A stretch of DNA of 62,860 bases, the filler included, from Choristocarpus tenellus KU-1152 (Eukaryota > Protista > Phaeophyceae), in assembly GCA_964200185.2 (NCBI GenBank). It is 11 parts of 11 records of this genome, joined end to end, with 100 filler letters (N's around TTAATTAATTAA, not from the genome) between each part and the next. Parts side by side here need not be neighbours in the genome. Positions count along the whole stretch, not along the records: positions 1 to 3,743 come from CAXNAD020018195.1; positions 3,844 to 11,327 come from CAXNAD020006086.1; positions 11,428 to 13,949 come from CAXNAD020027105.1; 8 more parts are not named here. One strand, given 5' to 3'. Each line of letters opens with the position of its first letter. The stretch's first letter is position 1. Below the pieces are notes generated by a model. That model saw only the letters and a program-made list of their open reading frames with translations. It was not told the origin of the DNA and made no database searches. A program made the translations under genes and the position numbers. Positions 1 to 13,637 of the stretch are shown here, piece by piece.

Positions 1-710
1 ATTTCAGGGCTCTAGAGAACAAGGTTAAAACAAGACTTCTCCGAGCGAGACCTGAAAATATTAAAAAAAAATCTCATGTAATGAATCACAACCCTGTGGA
101 GAGTTTCTTTTTTTTTTCAGGGGTCAAAGAAAGCATCGAGCGGGAAAGACCCACCCCACCGAGAGACAACTTACCTCTGCTGGTGGAAAGTCAAGAAGAG
201 ATTTGGTCCCTCTCTATGGGAAGAGTGTTCAAACCGGCTTCTTCATGTGTCTTCCTCAATGCATAGATACCAAACCAAGAAAACATCAGGCTTACATACA
301 GTAGCACTCGTCAATTGCATATTTCTTTATATATAGATCACACCATCATCAGAAGAACCAAAAAAAAAAATTAAAAAAACAAGAAAAATGTTTATACCAA
401 GTGGATCGCATGCTGTGGTCTCTAATTACAAACTTGAACCCCCTCCAGCAAGTTTTCTCGATACCTGAAATAAATTTATAAAATTGTGGGAGGAAGGTGT
501 ACAATTTGGGGGGAACTTCTTAGTTCCTTATAATTTCCTGAGGTTTAAATGCAGGGATACATTTCTACATTTTTCAGTGAGCCATAATGGCACACAGCTG
601 CACTTCCAGATTGGAACAATTTCACCATGAGGGGCATCTCCACTTCCTCGACACTAAGTTCCCCAGTGCGTTCTCGTCTGGGAGTTCCACCCGGCTCACC
701 CTCCCAATTT

Positions 711-842
711 CATCAGTATCGGATCTCTTACCATCAGTATCGGATCTCTTACCATCAGTATCGGATCTCTTACCATCAGTATCGGATCTCTTACCATCAG
801 TATCGGATCTCTTACCATCAGTATCGGATCTCTTACCATCAG
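711..842. repeat. 21-bp minisatellite (CATCAGTATCGGATCTCTTAC) x ~6.3
   Basis: Exact tandem unit read directly; explains the SVSDLLP and HQYRISY repeats in two ORF-track entries. Confidence 0.97.
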
Positions 843-1722
843 CACCGCTATTTACTCAGGCAGGTTCTCTGCTGTCCATCTCTAGGTCTAGGTTTGCCCT
901 CCATCATTCAACACCAAAGTGGAGGTGCATGCAAGGGCGGGCAGGAATGGGTTGAGTGGAGGGAGAGTGGGGAGGAGGATGGGGGGAGAGGGGGTAGCAA
1001 TAACCATTGTATTCTAGGCCTGGTTGCACCCCCGCCAATATCTCAACACTGCAAGATTGCGTGAGTCCCGAGAGAGAAGTATCCCTCCTCTTCCACACAA
1101 AAGTCTTCATTCTCAAAGAAATTAACCAATCTTGAAACAAACAAACGAGCAGACAACACAAACACCTTCCTATCTGTAACATTTTTTTCTGTTTTTCAGA
1201 CTGAGTGTCACGGTGAGTATGGGGTGCTTATCCTCTTTTTTATTTTTTTATGGTGTTTTATTTATCGTTCTTTTTTGTTTCCAAAATGTTCAGCACCTCA
1301 TTACCAACTGAAATGGTCAATACTTTGGTGTTGGGAATCTTGACGGTTCAATCGAATCCATTTCTCTCTTAAGAATCAAAGAACAGTTGGGATTGTATTT
1401 GAGACCTTTCAAATAGAGATCTCTCTAGTCCAGAGTGTTCCCATGTGTTACACACTATGCACAATTTGGGTTGTATCCTCGTGGTACTCAAAGTTTTCTC
1501 AACCCTCACTGCTTCAAGGATTACACCTCGCACACAGCAAACATGCTTCAATTTAATCTAGAACATCAAACTTTTCAGGCCGATTTTGCCGAGGATAAAT
1601 CACAAATTCTTTCAACTCAAAACATCGCTATTACTAAAAATAAAATAGTTATAATGCAAAGTATAAATGTTGTAAATGCTCTCTTCATTCCTAAACTCTT
1701 CACCTATGTGTATGAGGCTTAC

Positions 1723-3743
1723 ACTGCCCTGCTGGCAGCGGTTGCTGCACGAGTCCGTTGCAGGACCTTCTTGTTCTGCTCAAACACGTGGTTACCCTCT
1801 CCTGTCGCCCCCTGTAGCCTACGAATCTCCCGTTGGATTCTGGTCAATGCAGGGCCCGAGGCAGCAACCATTACAGAAGGATCTAGAGACTGGTTGAGAC
1901 CTGGCTCTGAGGTTGGTGTGGTCAGAGAGGTGTTGGCAGTGGTCAATTCTGGAGTGGCTGGCTGGGATAGTGCTAGTGGGGCCGATACTTGAGCTGATGT
2001 TGCCAACGACATTGCCTCTGATGAATGTACTGATACTGGGTCCATGCTGCTGATCTTCCTCCGCTTCCCTGTATCCTTACGTCCATTGACAACAGAATCA
2101 TGTTTTCTGTGGGTGAAGCAATCAGTAGCCCGCCCTCCCTTCACACCAAAACGAGGTCGCTTTGAGCATGTGCTGTCACTGCACCATGGATTCTGAGCAT
2201 GTTCGTGTAATTCGGCAAAGATGTGGCGAGAGGGCAGGGGGGAGTGGCTTTTGGAGAACGAGGGGAAGGATCAGAAAGGGAATGGGACCAATAAGAGGAA
2301 GTGGATCACCTTGGAGGGGTAGGACGTAGGGGGTTGTACTTTGATTCGAAGGAGGAGAAAATGAATTGGAAGGAGGAAGTTCTTTGGTCAGGATTATTCA
2401 GTTCTTGAAAACATGAAGCCTGGAACAGAGATGATGTTGGGTAGTACTCAGTGGTGATCGGGATTTAGACTGCAATGTGAAGGAATCAAGAGTGAGAGAA
2501 CAATGTTTCATGGCCCAATCAACTTACTTCAAATGTTGTATTGAGCGATCCTATCTTTGAGGGAGGTGTCATTGCGTATTTGGGAGCCACATATGTGCTT
2601 CTACTACTCTGAAGGGCGATTTTGCAATTGCTGAAGTGGACGAACGATTTTTTTTCTTCTACAGACATAGCCTTCTAAAAGGGGGTCAACTGTATTTCAA
2701 GTATGGGAACAAGTTGTCAGACAGAAATTTGAAAAAAATATTCAAAAGAGTATAAATAGAAAAATATGCTCCCTCTCAGATGGGTTGAGTCACTAGTGTA
2801 TATATGGATTGGTTGTGATCACCTTGACATCCACCATATCAAAGGCCTTGTGGGCCAAGCAGAACAGAGCCTTCCCTCCCCGATAGCCGAATGTTGGTTG
2901 AAGTGTACAAGCCTCACCATGACACTTGGGATGCTATTAATCAGGTTCAAGAAATATATTAGCAGTACAGAAGTCTAGGGGAGGAAGAAGAGATAGAAAG
3001 AGAATGATCTATGGCCTGGATGGGTGGTATCTGGACATAGGATGAAAAAAAAGTTTTTTTTTGCGGTGAAGATCCCTCAGAAACTGATTATTTCTACAAC
3101 ATATTTGAAACCTGCTGTGTGGGGGCGGTGGTAAAGTCGATAGGATGTGATAGGGTAGGCCGTGAAAAAAAGCTATGTCAAAGTAGAAAAAAACATCGTT
3201 TCGCCCTGGACCGCGCAAGATGATATGAATTCGATTCACCTTGACGTCGATCATGCCGACTTCTCTATGAACGGCGCAGAACTGTGCCTTTCCCCCTGGG
3301 TGACCATAGCGTGATGTGGTCTGGCAGGGAATGGTCTGGCACATACCCTTGAATGACTGCTTGGGGCGTCGAGTTCCCTCACACGCCTTGCCTTCTCCCA
3401 GCTTGAGGCGGGAATCCGACGAGACAACACCTCCAGAGGTCTCCCCTACGGGTCTCTTACTCCTACAGATGGAAACGAAGTCAGCGCCCTTAGTAGTCGA
3501 GGACGAACCACACATAGAAACCACACTATTACTTGAAGATGAGCCCTCCGTTGTGGATTCATGGAACTGCCTTTTCCTGTAGGATGATATAGACGTGTAT
3601 GTACCACTAAATCCCGGCATTTTAGAGACCGAGCCAAAGGGTAGGCGTATTGGCCGAACTACGATGCTGCACGTCACGTCTGAGGGGGACGGCGGTTCTC
3701 TGTTGGTGATGGAGCAAGGCTTGTCTCGGAGACCCTCTCCTCT
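1723..3743 (-). CDS. EsV-1-7 cysteine-rich repeat protein, partial spliced gene (exons 3743-3240, 2933-2823, 2192-1723; 5' end cut by gap; possible last exon ~1048-904)
   Basis: Three repeats of the C-x4-C-x3-P/S-x-Y/FG-x2-GG-x-A-x2-C-x2-H motif (CQTIPCQTTSRYGHPGGKAQFCAVHREVGMIDVK; HPKCHGEACTLQPTFGYRGGKALFCLAHKAFDMVDVK; NPWCSDSTCSKRPRFGVKGGRATDCFTHRKHDSVV) joined in frame by GT-AG phase-0 introns. Confidence 0.85.
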
Positions 3744-3843
3744 NNNNNNNNNNNNNNNNNNNNNNNNNNNNNNNNNNNNNNNNNNNNTTAATTAATTAAN
3801 NNNNNNNNNNNNNNNNNNNNNNNNNNNNNNNNNNNNNNNNNNN
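3744..3843. other. Artificial contig linker N44-TTAATTAATTAA-N44
   Basis: Identical 100-bp six-frame-stop spacer; also at 11328-11427, 13950-14049, 19401-19500, 24887-24986, 29338-29437, 40305-40404, 43062-43161, 54734-54833, 59569-59668. Confidence 0.99.
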
Positions 3844-4249
3844 TTTCTTTTTGTTGGTGTCAAGTCTAGATAAGATAATATGCTCAAGGAGGAAATTTCT
3901 CGTATGGGGTGGTATTTGCACCTCTTGTTTGTTTGTTTGAAGCTGTGTCTTTGTGTTTGTGGTACATTTTGTTGTGGTACGTTGTTTGCTACACCTCGTG
4001 TCCTGTTGGTGTCATCTTCTGGTGTCGAAGTTTGTGGTAGATTTTACAATGGATGGGAGTGATCTCCTTTTGAGTGGTATTTTCACCTTTTTGTGTGTGT
4101 TGGTTTGCCTTTCTTTGTACTTTTCCCTAGCTGTACTCTCCTTGTAGTCCCAGTAACAGTGGTGAAGACAGCACAGATAAAGTAATGACACAAAAAACAA
4201 GAACCGAAGAAAAAAACATTGTCTTCCACTTTGCTTGCAGTGAACATCA

Positions 4250-4830
4250 AATGTCATTTTTCACCGTCAATCACAACTTCGAACAGGCGCCACCCACTGT
4301 GAGCGATACAATAGGAGAGTGGTACTCTGACGACAACGAATCGAAGTTGGGACACCGCGAAATGTGTGATAATCTATGTGAGGAGGCTTGTGAAAGTGCT
4401 CATCCTGAAACGATTTTCCACAGAAGGAGATGGGGTAGTCATTGCACTGCTTGATCCGAAGTGCGAAATTTGTGACATTCTATGTGAGGAGGCTTCTGAA
4501 AGCATCCTGAAACGATTTTCCACAGAAGGAGATGGGGTAGTCTTTGCACTGCTTGATCCGAAGTGCCGGTGGTCCATGGCTGCCCTTGAAGTGGGCGTCC
4601 ATTGTATCTCCTCCTTGCATATGAATGGTGACACGGTTGCGGCGAAGAAGGCGGATAAACTGGTAGCGCGTATGTTCAGGAGGACAAAGCAGTCCCAAGA
4701 TGTGGTAAATGTCGTCAGGGAGGATGTGGTCGGCCCCGATCCTAGCAGGTCTGGGGGTAGCGCCAAGAACGGGAAAAGAAGGGCTAAGTTGCAGTTGTCA
4801 GCAAAAAAAAGAATAGGTTCGACAACTTGT
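4250..4830 (+). pseudogene. Possible degenerate beta-class (N4C/N6A) DNA methyltransferase C-terminal region, with internal ~104-bp tandem duplication (4357-4566)
   Basis: Frameshifted translation HNF..APP...EMCDNLCEEACE.ILKRFSTEGDGVV...SMAALEVGVHCI resembles the (H/N)P.(E/Q)KP..L...LI..FS.EGD.VLD.FxGxG...AA...GR..I segment, but FxGxG is absent. The duplication is read directly. Confidence 0.35.
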
Positions 4831-5487
4831 TCTTTCGATTTTATTGTGTTATCCTTGCCATGTGATGTAGTGATACACTACATGTTGATGTTGGTGAGGA
4901 AGACGTGTTCATGGCATTCATTTTTTTATAAACAGTTCTCGAGAAGTTCGCACAAGAAGTGGCATATTTTGTCAAGAATGTGCAAATTGTAATAATATTT
5001 CGAACACAACAGTAAATTTAAACAACTTCACCCACTTCACCTCATAGCAGTTGTACCCCTTCCCTCGACATAATATCGTCCCTGAGGATCAGCTCTACGC
5101 TCTATACAATCGTCGCTGCACCTTGGACCTAACGTCGTATTTTGTCCAGGAAGCATACACAATTAATACTAGTGCGTGGAGAAGAAGACCTTTCTTTTTA
5201 ACCTCAAACCTCTCTGCCAACCGTTTTCTTCTGTTACTGTGATAAGAGTTGAACAAACGCTAAATACGTGCTTCAAGGTATACATTGTGGTGGGGAGTAT
5301 TGAGAAAAGATTTAACAAAATCTGTATAATTTTATTGATATATGGTCCTAAGGAATGCAGCATCCAACATTCAAGACACATTCTCAAATATATTTTGCCG
5401 CAAGGCAACAAACGTACGGGACTAAATCCGCGAACACGCCATGGACAGTGAACGTGGAAAATGTTTTTTTTGGGCATACCCCAAAAC

Positions 5488-5706
5488 ATGGTACAAAGTT
5501 GTCTAATCATGTCCGAAAACATCCCCAAAAAATGACCAAATATCCAAGATACATCGCGAAAAAGATGTGAAAATTACTTTAAAACGTCCCCCAAAACGCG
5601 TCAAAATGGTAACAAAAAACATGGCACACAGTGGTCTAATCATGTCCGAAATCATCCCCAAGAACATGACCAAATGTCCAAGAAACATCGCGAAAAAGAT
5701 GTTAAA
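5488..5706. repeat. Imperfect direct repeat (~86-bp units at 5488-5573 and 5620-5706)
   Basis: CATGG(T/C)ACA(A/C)AGT(T/G)GTCTAATCATGTCCGAAA...ACATCGCGAAAAAGATGT occurs twice. Confidence 0.85.
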
Positions 5707-7022
5707 GTGTCTGAAAAACGTTTCCCAAAACGAGTCGAAACGGTTCGAAATTATGCAACATGGTTCGGCAATGACGTCAAAAATGAGATGAGAAATATTC
5801 CGCTCGGTGTTCCCCAGGCCTGGGGGTGCTCCCGAAGAAGGTCTTGCTCCCCTGAGCATATCAACGTGTATTCTCGATTTTCGGCCCACCCAAGTTGTTA
5901 CACTCCGATCAAGGTACAGAATTTGAAACCAATATCGTTGCAGAGTTGTAATCTGTCTTTGGTAACGAGAAAACCGAAACCACATCGTATCACCCCCAAG
6001 GGAATTCTGTGTTAGAGAGAGAGTACATGCCACGTCGCATTCCATGCTAGCAATGTATATCTCAGTTGCTGAGGTCAACTGGGCACCGTTACTGCCTTTT
6101 GTACAGATAGCTCATTACACAGCTTTCAGTGCAAAGTTGCATGAAAGTTCGTTTTTCCTTCTGCTTGGAAGACGAGCTTGTTAACCTGTCGATAATAGCC
6201 TTGGGTCGTCTAAAGTTGATTCAGTCAGGTGTGCTACTGAAAGGTTTACTCAGCGAACGAAAGATAATTTACAGATAGCATTCGAGTTGGGCACGCCAAA
6301 GCCTCCATGAACGCGTTAAAGATCAGGAACGTGCCAACGAACGTCTCGAGGGCCCCGTTTTCGTACCTGGTTATAAAGTTTTGGTCCATAGGCCAAGTGA
6401 GAATACTAATGGGCCGAAGCCGAAGCTACTTCACCCTTGGAAGGGGTTCATATGAAGTACATTTCCAAGTTATCACCCCTCGTGTACAGGGTCGTATTAC
6501 CTGGAAATCCACGTCCATTATCCGTTCATTTGGGTAGAATGAAACGTTACTATCCTCAAGTCCAACCTCTCACACCAAGCTTTAATGAACTGGAATATAT
6601 ATACCAGAGTGTGTGTTCCTGGGAAAACCGTTACCATTGCCGGACGTTGACCATCAAGCCCCCTCTCTCAACACGTTATTATTGGTAGCATTGATGGACA
6701 TAGACCTGGTCGTAGTCATCGTTCGTCCGCAAATGTTATCTATCGCCTTCATCATTCTTTGTGGCTATGGATCCTCTTGTTGTGACCTTCACAAAAGCGT
6801 AGAGCATATCCCGCAATGTTGTAAAAAGATTGCAGCCTATCGTGGAGTAAATGGATCGGATAATCAGTATAACTCCCGTCCTACACAGTGTAGATTTGAG
6901 GATAGGTATTTGCTGATATACCATATCCCCTTGGGTAGTCCGTATACCATGCATTGCCGTAATAGTATAATCTGTCGTTTCCGTGAAGAAATTATTGTGT
7001 TTATGTCTGGTACAGATTATTC

Positions 7023-7288
7023 GAACCGTAGTATCTTAGAGGGGTCAGGCCTCCATTCGGGGCTGGTGTGATCCTGTAGTGACTTTGAAGTATTCTGAGT
7101 GAGCGTGTCAGATGCAATGGCAATTTCCTTCATCTCAACACACCTTCCTTTTTCGTCCCCCTGCCTGAACTAAATTCGAAGGAAAATCACTCGCAAAACA
7201 GGCATCAAACTGGGTAACTTACAACACTCCATCAAACCCCAAATGGACAACTTCGCCTAATACCTTCCCCTCTAAGATACTGTATGGC
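7023..7288. mobile_element. MITE family B copy
   Basis: TIR core GTATCTTAGAGGGG ... CCCCTCTAAGATAC; internal sequence homologous to 11049-11324 and unlike family A. Confidence 0.8.
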
Positions 7289-10105
7289 CTTGCCAATTTT
7301 TGTCTTGACTCATGCGTCTCGGCCTAGATCTTGTTTTTCCCACATATCATGTGCCTTCACATAAGGTTGTCCATCTACCTTAGACAAATCGTTTGTATAT
7401 CATATCGTCATAGATGGATATAATCTATCGTTTCGTGAAGAGATTAGAAAACTGGTAGCAGATCTCAGTTGAAATGTTCACGACCAGCTCTTGCTTGATA
7501 TCTCGTGTTTACCAGGTTTATCAATCCTTTCAAATAGGCTATACATATATGTTGGTCGACGTTTAGATAAACTAAGAGTACAACATCGTTCTACCTATCA
7601 GCTCTCCTTGCCAGCATGAGTGCATACACTCGGTGGTGAAGAGACCGTTTCACCATGCACATTAGCACTCGTGTGTGCTAGAGGCGGCTATTCATTACAT
7701 CATGCCTCGTTTTCATGGAATTAATTTATAGATCATCATCGAATGACTAACCCCATAAAAAAGCAACAAGAGCAGCAACGACTAAGATTAAAGTGTACCA
7801 ATAGGCAAGTGATAGAAACTTTAGGCGAGTCACTTACATTCTTTGTTTTTCTTGAGGCATTGGTTCCCCCGACATGATGCAATCACCGCACGGTTACCTC
7901 ATACCGTTTTGAGAGTTGAGCCACCAACACCGTGTACATCCCAGAGTCCACTTGGTACATTCTAGTGGTGGTGAGCAATATTTCCAATCGTTTCAGGACG
8001 TGAGGAAGGAGGATGTGTGCATACATCGTATTTTGATCTCGTCGTCTGCTGTGTCGAGTTTTGATCACGCGCACGTCCTTGTGTTGTTACACATCGGAGT
8101 GTGCGTGGAGTCTATCATTTCTCTCTATGTACATCTTCTTGCCAAACCCTTTTCATCTCCACACCACTAAAAAATGGAAACAACCCAACAAAATATTTCA
8201 AAATACTAAAACAAAATATTAAAACAAAATATTTAAAAAATAAATAAATAAAAATAAAAATAAAAATAATAATAATAATAATAATATATATAGAGTATGA
8301 ATTTATTTATTTCCAGGGTTTTCACCGGATTGAGTAGTGGTCATGGGGCAGGGATGAGTGGTACAGTTCAGTTAAAAAAAACACATGGAAGTTTCAATCT
8401 TTTTTCCAGGATCAGGTCAGATCTCCATTTTTTCTGGTCTTCATAGACGCATGTGTAAAAATATTTTCTTTACAACAGAAAAAAATAGAAAACATGTATA
8501 GTTACTGCGATATAATAGTTTGTATCTGTTACTACAAACACCATGAATGAAACCGTACTGGATTGAGAACAAAGATCATGGAGAACAGAAGCTCCACTAA
8601 TAGAAGATTCTGTCCGATTACATCGGGAGAGAGAGAAAAAGAAAGGAAAAAGACCTTGATCAGGCGGTGCTTTTTCTCATCCTTACATCCTCCGAAAAGA
8701 ACTCCTAACAATGAAAAAAAAAACAGTACACTATTATCAAGTAAAAAACATTACAGTAATAACAAGTAAAAAAACAACAGTACACCATTAACAAGAAAAA
8801 GAAAAGGTAAAAAAAAATGGTATACTATAAACAAGTCAAATACTTTATTTTTTATTCCCCAGTGAAAACACGACAATCTGCATCCTCGCTATACGTACTA
8901 TAAATCACAATACAAATCTGTCTTGAAAAAGTAATCATGTTCTCACTTTCTTTTTATACAAAAGTAAAAAAAATCTTCTGAAGGACCCATTCGCTTCAAA
9001 AAATAGGGTACACCCTTTTTACACAGTTTCACACCACCATTACACACATCCTTCATAACAGTCCAGCACAATAAATTTATCCCCTGTTTAAAAAAAAAAC
9101 ATGTCAAAAATCTCATTGATGAAACTCCTTGTATAACACTCGCTCAGCAACGGCAGATCGCAAACGCTTGTCAACAGCATATTGACATGGTATAGCCTTT
9201 GCTCCTCGTTTCCCCATTCTTGAGTACCCTCGTTTTATACGAGATACAAGAGACCAATATTCTGGCCCCATATACCTCTCGTCTCATATTCAGGCTGACC
9301 GCACTGGTGATCCTATGCCCTCAGACCATGACCATGAGCTTGATGCGATGCTGACCACATGCATCAACCTCACTCGTATTGGGGTTGACTGATACACCGA
9401 TCCCATACACATATCACCAACCTTTGGCCAATGGTATCCTGATCAGATATTCATTAATGCCACGTATATATATGTATATGTATTACGCTTCATTTTGTAT
9501 TAACGAAGTGGTGTAATATAATAGTGCAATAGTATACTAACAGTCACACCTACCTGTTTCCCATTCTGCTCCCACAGCTGACTTTTTGGTTGACCTCGAA
9601 TCATGTTTAGATATGACTTCGAGGCCGATCAGAAGGGGGGGGGGATGATGTGGAAAGCAGGGCTGTCTGTTACCATACCGTTATTGATGTATGCCACATA
9701 CCATCATACCGGTTGATGTTCCTTGTCAAGAGCTCCCTATTCCAGTGGAGAATTTTTCGAATGATTGAGATGGGGAACTTTTGTAGAAGAAACCAATCCT
9801 GCAAGTAATGCACATTTCTTCAATCAGAGATGTCAACCATCAAAGATTCTCTTTGTGTTTCATCTTGGTTTTGTGTTGGTCTCCCTCTCCTGAGATTCTC
9901 ATCACACCACATTTTTCTGAAATTCCTCGCAATCTTGCACGTGTCTAACCTGAACCTCGTCCTCTCGGTTACGGTTCGTCTTGGTCCGTCTGGTCCGTCT
10001 CGCCCGGTGATTCTCTTCACCTTCCCTGAGTGAACCACACCGCCACAGAATCATACGATTCATACAAATGTGCTTTCCAAATTATTGTATAATTTTTGAA
10101 GTATG

Positions 10106-10365
10106 GAATGAATGTATCTTAGAGGGTACGAGTTTTGCCCTGTTTGTCCATTTGGAACTTGGCTTCCCATGGGGTTTCTTATGACGTTTTCCTATTCCAA
10201 AATATTTCGGAATAGGTGAAATGTATACGTTATGAAGAGGTGTGTCCGGAACATGGATATTGACACTTCCTAACAAACGCGAGAGTAAAAAATTACATCA
10301 AAATCGCAACATTGGATTTTGCCTACCAAATGGACACGCCTCTACCCTCTAAGATACTTTGACTC
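10106..10365 (+). mobile_element. MITE family A, complete, TSD ATG
   Basis: 23-bp TIRs of consensus GAGT(G/C)AAAGTATCTTAGAGGGTA; ATG at 10103-10105 and 10366-10368. Confidence 0.93.
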
Positions 10366-11048
10366 ATGATGTAGTTCCACTCAAAAGAAAAAACGGAATT
10401 GGGAGATGTTGTCAAGGAGAAAGAAGTTAAATGCAGTATACTGGAAACCCATTCCCAGAAAGGTATTGCAAAAGGGAGCGAAAGGAAGAAATAAATAGAG
10501 CTCATGTGCCAAAAAAGGATGGTCCGTCAACCAAAGTAGACAGAGACAAGTAAATAAACAGAAAAAGGTCCAAAGAGGTGGACCCATCGGTCATGTTGAC
10601 AATAGTAGTGAGAGCATATACTAGAAAAACGAACGAAATAACAATTCAAGGATCAGCTCCAGCATCATTAAACAACCTACTACCATCAACATCTAGAAGA
10701 GTATCCTAGGTTAATCAAATGCACCCAGTTCCCCTCCCCTCCAAAGAGGAAAAAGAGAAGCTCAGCAGACATCATCACAAGTATTTGGTGACCAAGGCCA
10801 CTTTTGCGTGACGGGTTGTGGCTGCTTCAACCTTAGTGATATGCTCGGCATGCATATGAATTGTTTCTCCATCTTTCCACTAACCTGTAATACCACCAGT
10901 AGTCTTCCGCAAGTGAAACCAACTGATCAGCTGCGATGCTGAACGCCTTCAGATTTTCTTGTGGGCTCTTATTCAGATGATTGTAGATAATTGACCCGAG
11001 GGGTCAAAATGTTTGTTGGAGGGGCATTAGCTTGGATTGTCAACGACT

Positions 11049-11324
11049 GGTCCATAGTATTGTAGAGGGGGGGTCAAGCGTCCATTCGGGACCTGTGTGA
11101 ACCTGTAGTGATTTCATGTCATCTGAGTGAACTCGTGTCAAATGTCAGGGCAACCTCCTTCGTCTGAACGCATCTTCCTTTTCCACCTCCCTGCCTGAAC
11201 CAAATCTGAAGGAAAATCGCTTGCAAAACGGGCATCAAACTGGGGTATACTACGGCACCTCATCAAGCCCCGAGTGGACAACCTTGGCTATACTCCCCCC
11301 CCCCCCTACAAGATACTTTTTTGA
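11049..11324. mobile_element. MITE family B copy at contig end
   Basis: Homologous along its length to 7023-7288; ends CCCTACAAGATACTTT. Confidence 0.8.
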
Positions 11325-11427
11325 TAANNNNNNNNNNNNNNNNNNNNNNNNNNNNNNNNNNNNNNNNNNNNTTAATTAATTAANNNNNNNNNNNNNNNNN
11401 NNNNNNNNNNNNNNNNNNNNNNNNNNN

Positions 11428-13584
11428 TGTTTACATTTTTTTTTACCATCAAGACAATAAACAATAAAAAAAAAAACAGACGCCCAAAAAAAATACCTAA
11501 AAAACAATATGCTTCCCTTCTACCAAGCTGAACATATTCACAATACTCAAAATATTACCAAAATGCACTCCACGCCCATGAACTGTACACTAAAAAAACA
11601 TCTATCACCAGAAAGTCAGAGGGGTCCTTCAAACTCACCTTCACCCCCCTCCCTCGGCTACATTGACTCTACAGTATTGAAACTAACAGCAACAATAATA
11701 TACAATAATAATATATAAAAAAAAATATATATATATACTCATGAGAACAATAACAATAATACAGTTCAGTCTCTCGCCTTGACATTCTCTTGCCTATAAA
11801 TAATAATAAATGACATAATTGACAGTAAATGCGACATCTTGCAGTATAATAATAATAATAATAATAGTAATTACAAAAAACAAATATATATAAATATAAA
11901 TTAATTAATTAATTAATAGGATTCAAACGCCTCACCACACAAAAAAGGTACACCCCTCCCTAACCCTCACCAAAACATCATCCACCATGAAGGAAAGAGA
12001 CAAATAGGAGGGACTACTACTCCTACTACTACTACTACTACTATTAAGAGGGATGGGGGTATGGAGGAGAGTGTAAGAGAGTATAAGCAAAACACCGCCT
12101 CTTAAACAGTATGGTTATCGGTAGCTAAGTAGAAACAACACAGGAGTTCCCTTTACCTTGAGGGCGAAGCTCTGACCCAGCGTGAGCCCTTGCCATACAC
12201 AGGAGAGCAGTGCCCAGAGGATGCCAAACCACACTCCCCCGCAGGCCCTGCAGAGGGCACAACACAAGAGGTTTGGAGTGGCATACATAAATACGCCATT
12301 ATTTTTATTATTATTGTAGGATATCAAAATCTGCACCATTTTTGTTGCTATAGGACACCAAACAATTTTATTTTTTCCACCACTTCAAAAAAAAAAGAAG
12401 CAAATATGCACACACGACACATATAGAGAGATAGAGATAGAGATAGAGATAGAGATACACTCTTTTTGAGATCTTCCTACAGATTACTGTTGTAAGATGT
12501 AAGATGCAAGATGGTATGCTTCAACCCTCCACAAATCCAAGCCCAAAGAATCCAAATCTCACTACACCATTAGATCTTCCACCACAAGCTCCACACTGTG
12601 TAAAATTGCAAGCCTAAATCAACTTTATGGTACACTCCAGCACTAAAAGAACAGAAGGCCATAGTGTAGCATAGTGTAGCAGTAAACCAAGTACCTGAAG
12701 TAGAGGAGGTACAGAGAGGCCTTGGGACTGCCCACAGCCCTAGCCTCCACCTCTATGATCTTGCCCTTCTCTTCATTCCCCCCCTGCAACTTGTTGTCTT
12801 TATCCTTCTGTGCATAACATACATGATATCAAAACACATGCAAGGGATCAAGCAAACCAGCAAGCAAGCAATACTTCAAAAACAGCACCAATGAATCTAT
12901 ATTGACTGCAATACTTCTCTCTAATCACATACCGTTCTTCAGTTCACACTTGTCACAATCTCTCTCACCACAAAACACTAACCATAGGTACAGGTAACCC
13001 CCCAACTACATTCTTCCTACCTATACCTCCACATTACCTCACCAATAAAAAAAAAGTAGTAAAAACAAGTAGTAAAAAAAAACTGAAAAAAGCACGCCTA
13101 TCCCAGGACGCAAAAAATCATCCACTACAAATAAAAAATAACAATAGTAACAGAAACGTCACAGTACACCCATGCGCCACCCCTACAGTACAAAAAAAAA
13201 AAACTTACAAAAATTAAAAGTACAAAAAAGGTCCTGGAACAAAAAAAAAATCAAGCGCCCTGCCCCTACTGCCGCATCCCCTACCCACGCACACAAGGCG
13301 CATGAGACCACGCAGTGAGGGAGGGGGGCAGAGATCGCCGCCGCTTAAAAAATTAAAAAAAACAATAACACACACACACACCACTGGCTTACAATAGCCA
13401 TCATTTGCCATTATTCCTATAAACCTTCCGTCGCATCATACACATACAAAAATAAAAACAAGAAAACAAGAAAAACAAAAAATCCCCCCCCCCCCCCCCC
13501 CCCCCCCCCCACCACACCACAAACCCACGCAAAAAAAAGCAACAACACGAACAAGAGAACGACAAAAAAACGACCCGATCCGAN

Positions 13585-13637
<53 letters not shown>

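Noticed and set aside
711-842. Regular 21-bp repeats as a CRISPR array or repeat protein
   Set aside because: No spacers; a plain tandem minisatellite. The ORFs spanning it have no other supporting features.
3788-3799. TTAATTAATTAA motif recurring ten times
   Set aside because: Always centred in a 100-bp N block: an assembly linker. Any apparent gene clustering across linkers is also unreliable.
10106-10365. MITEs acting as introner-type spliceable insertions (GT at positions 3-4 of the consensus TIR)
   Set aside because: No copy in the window interrupts an intact coding exon and no matching terminal AG is present.
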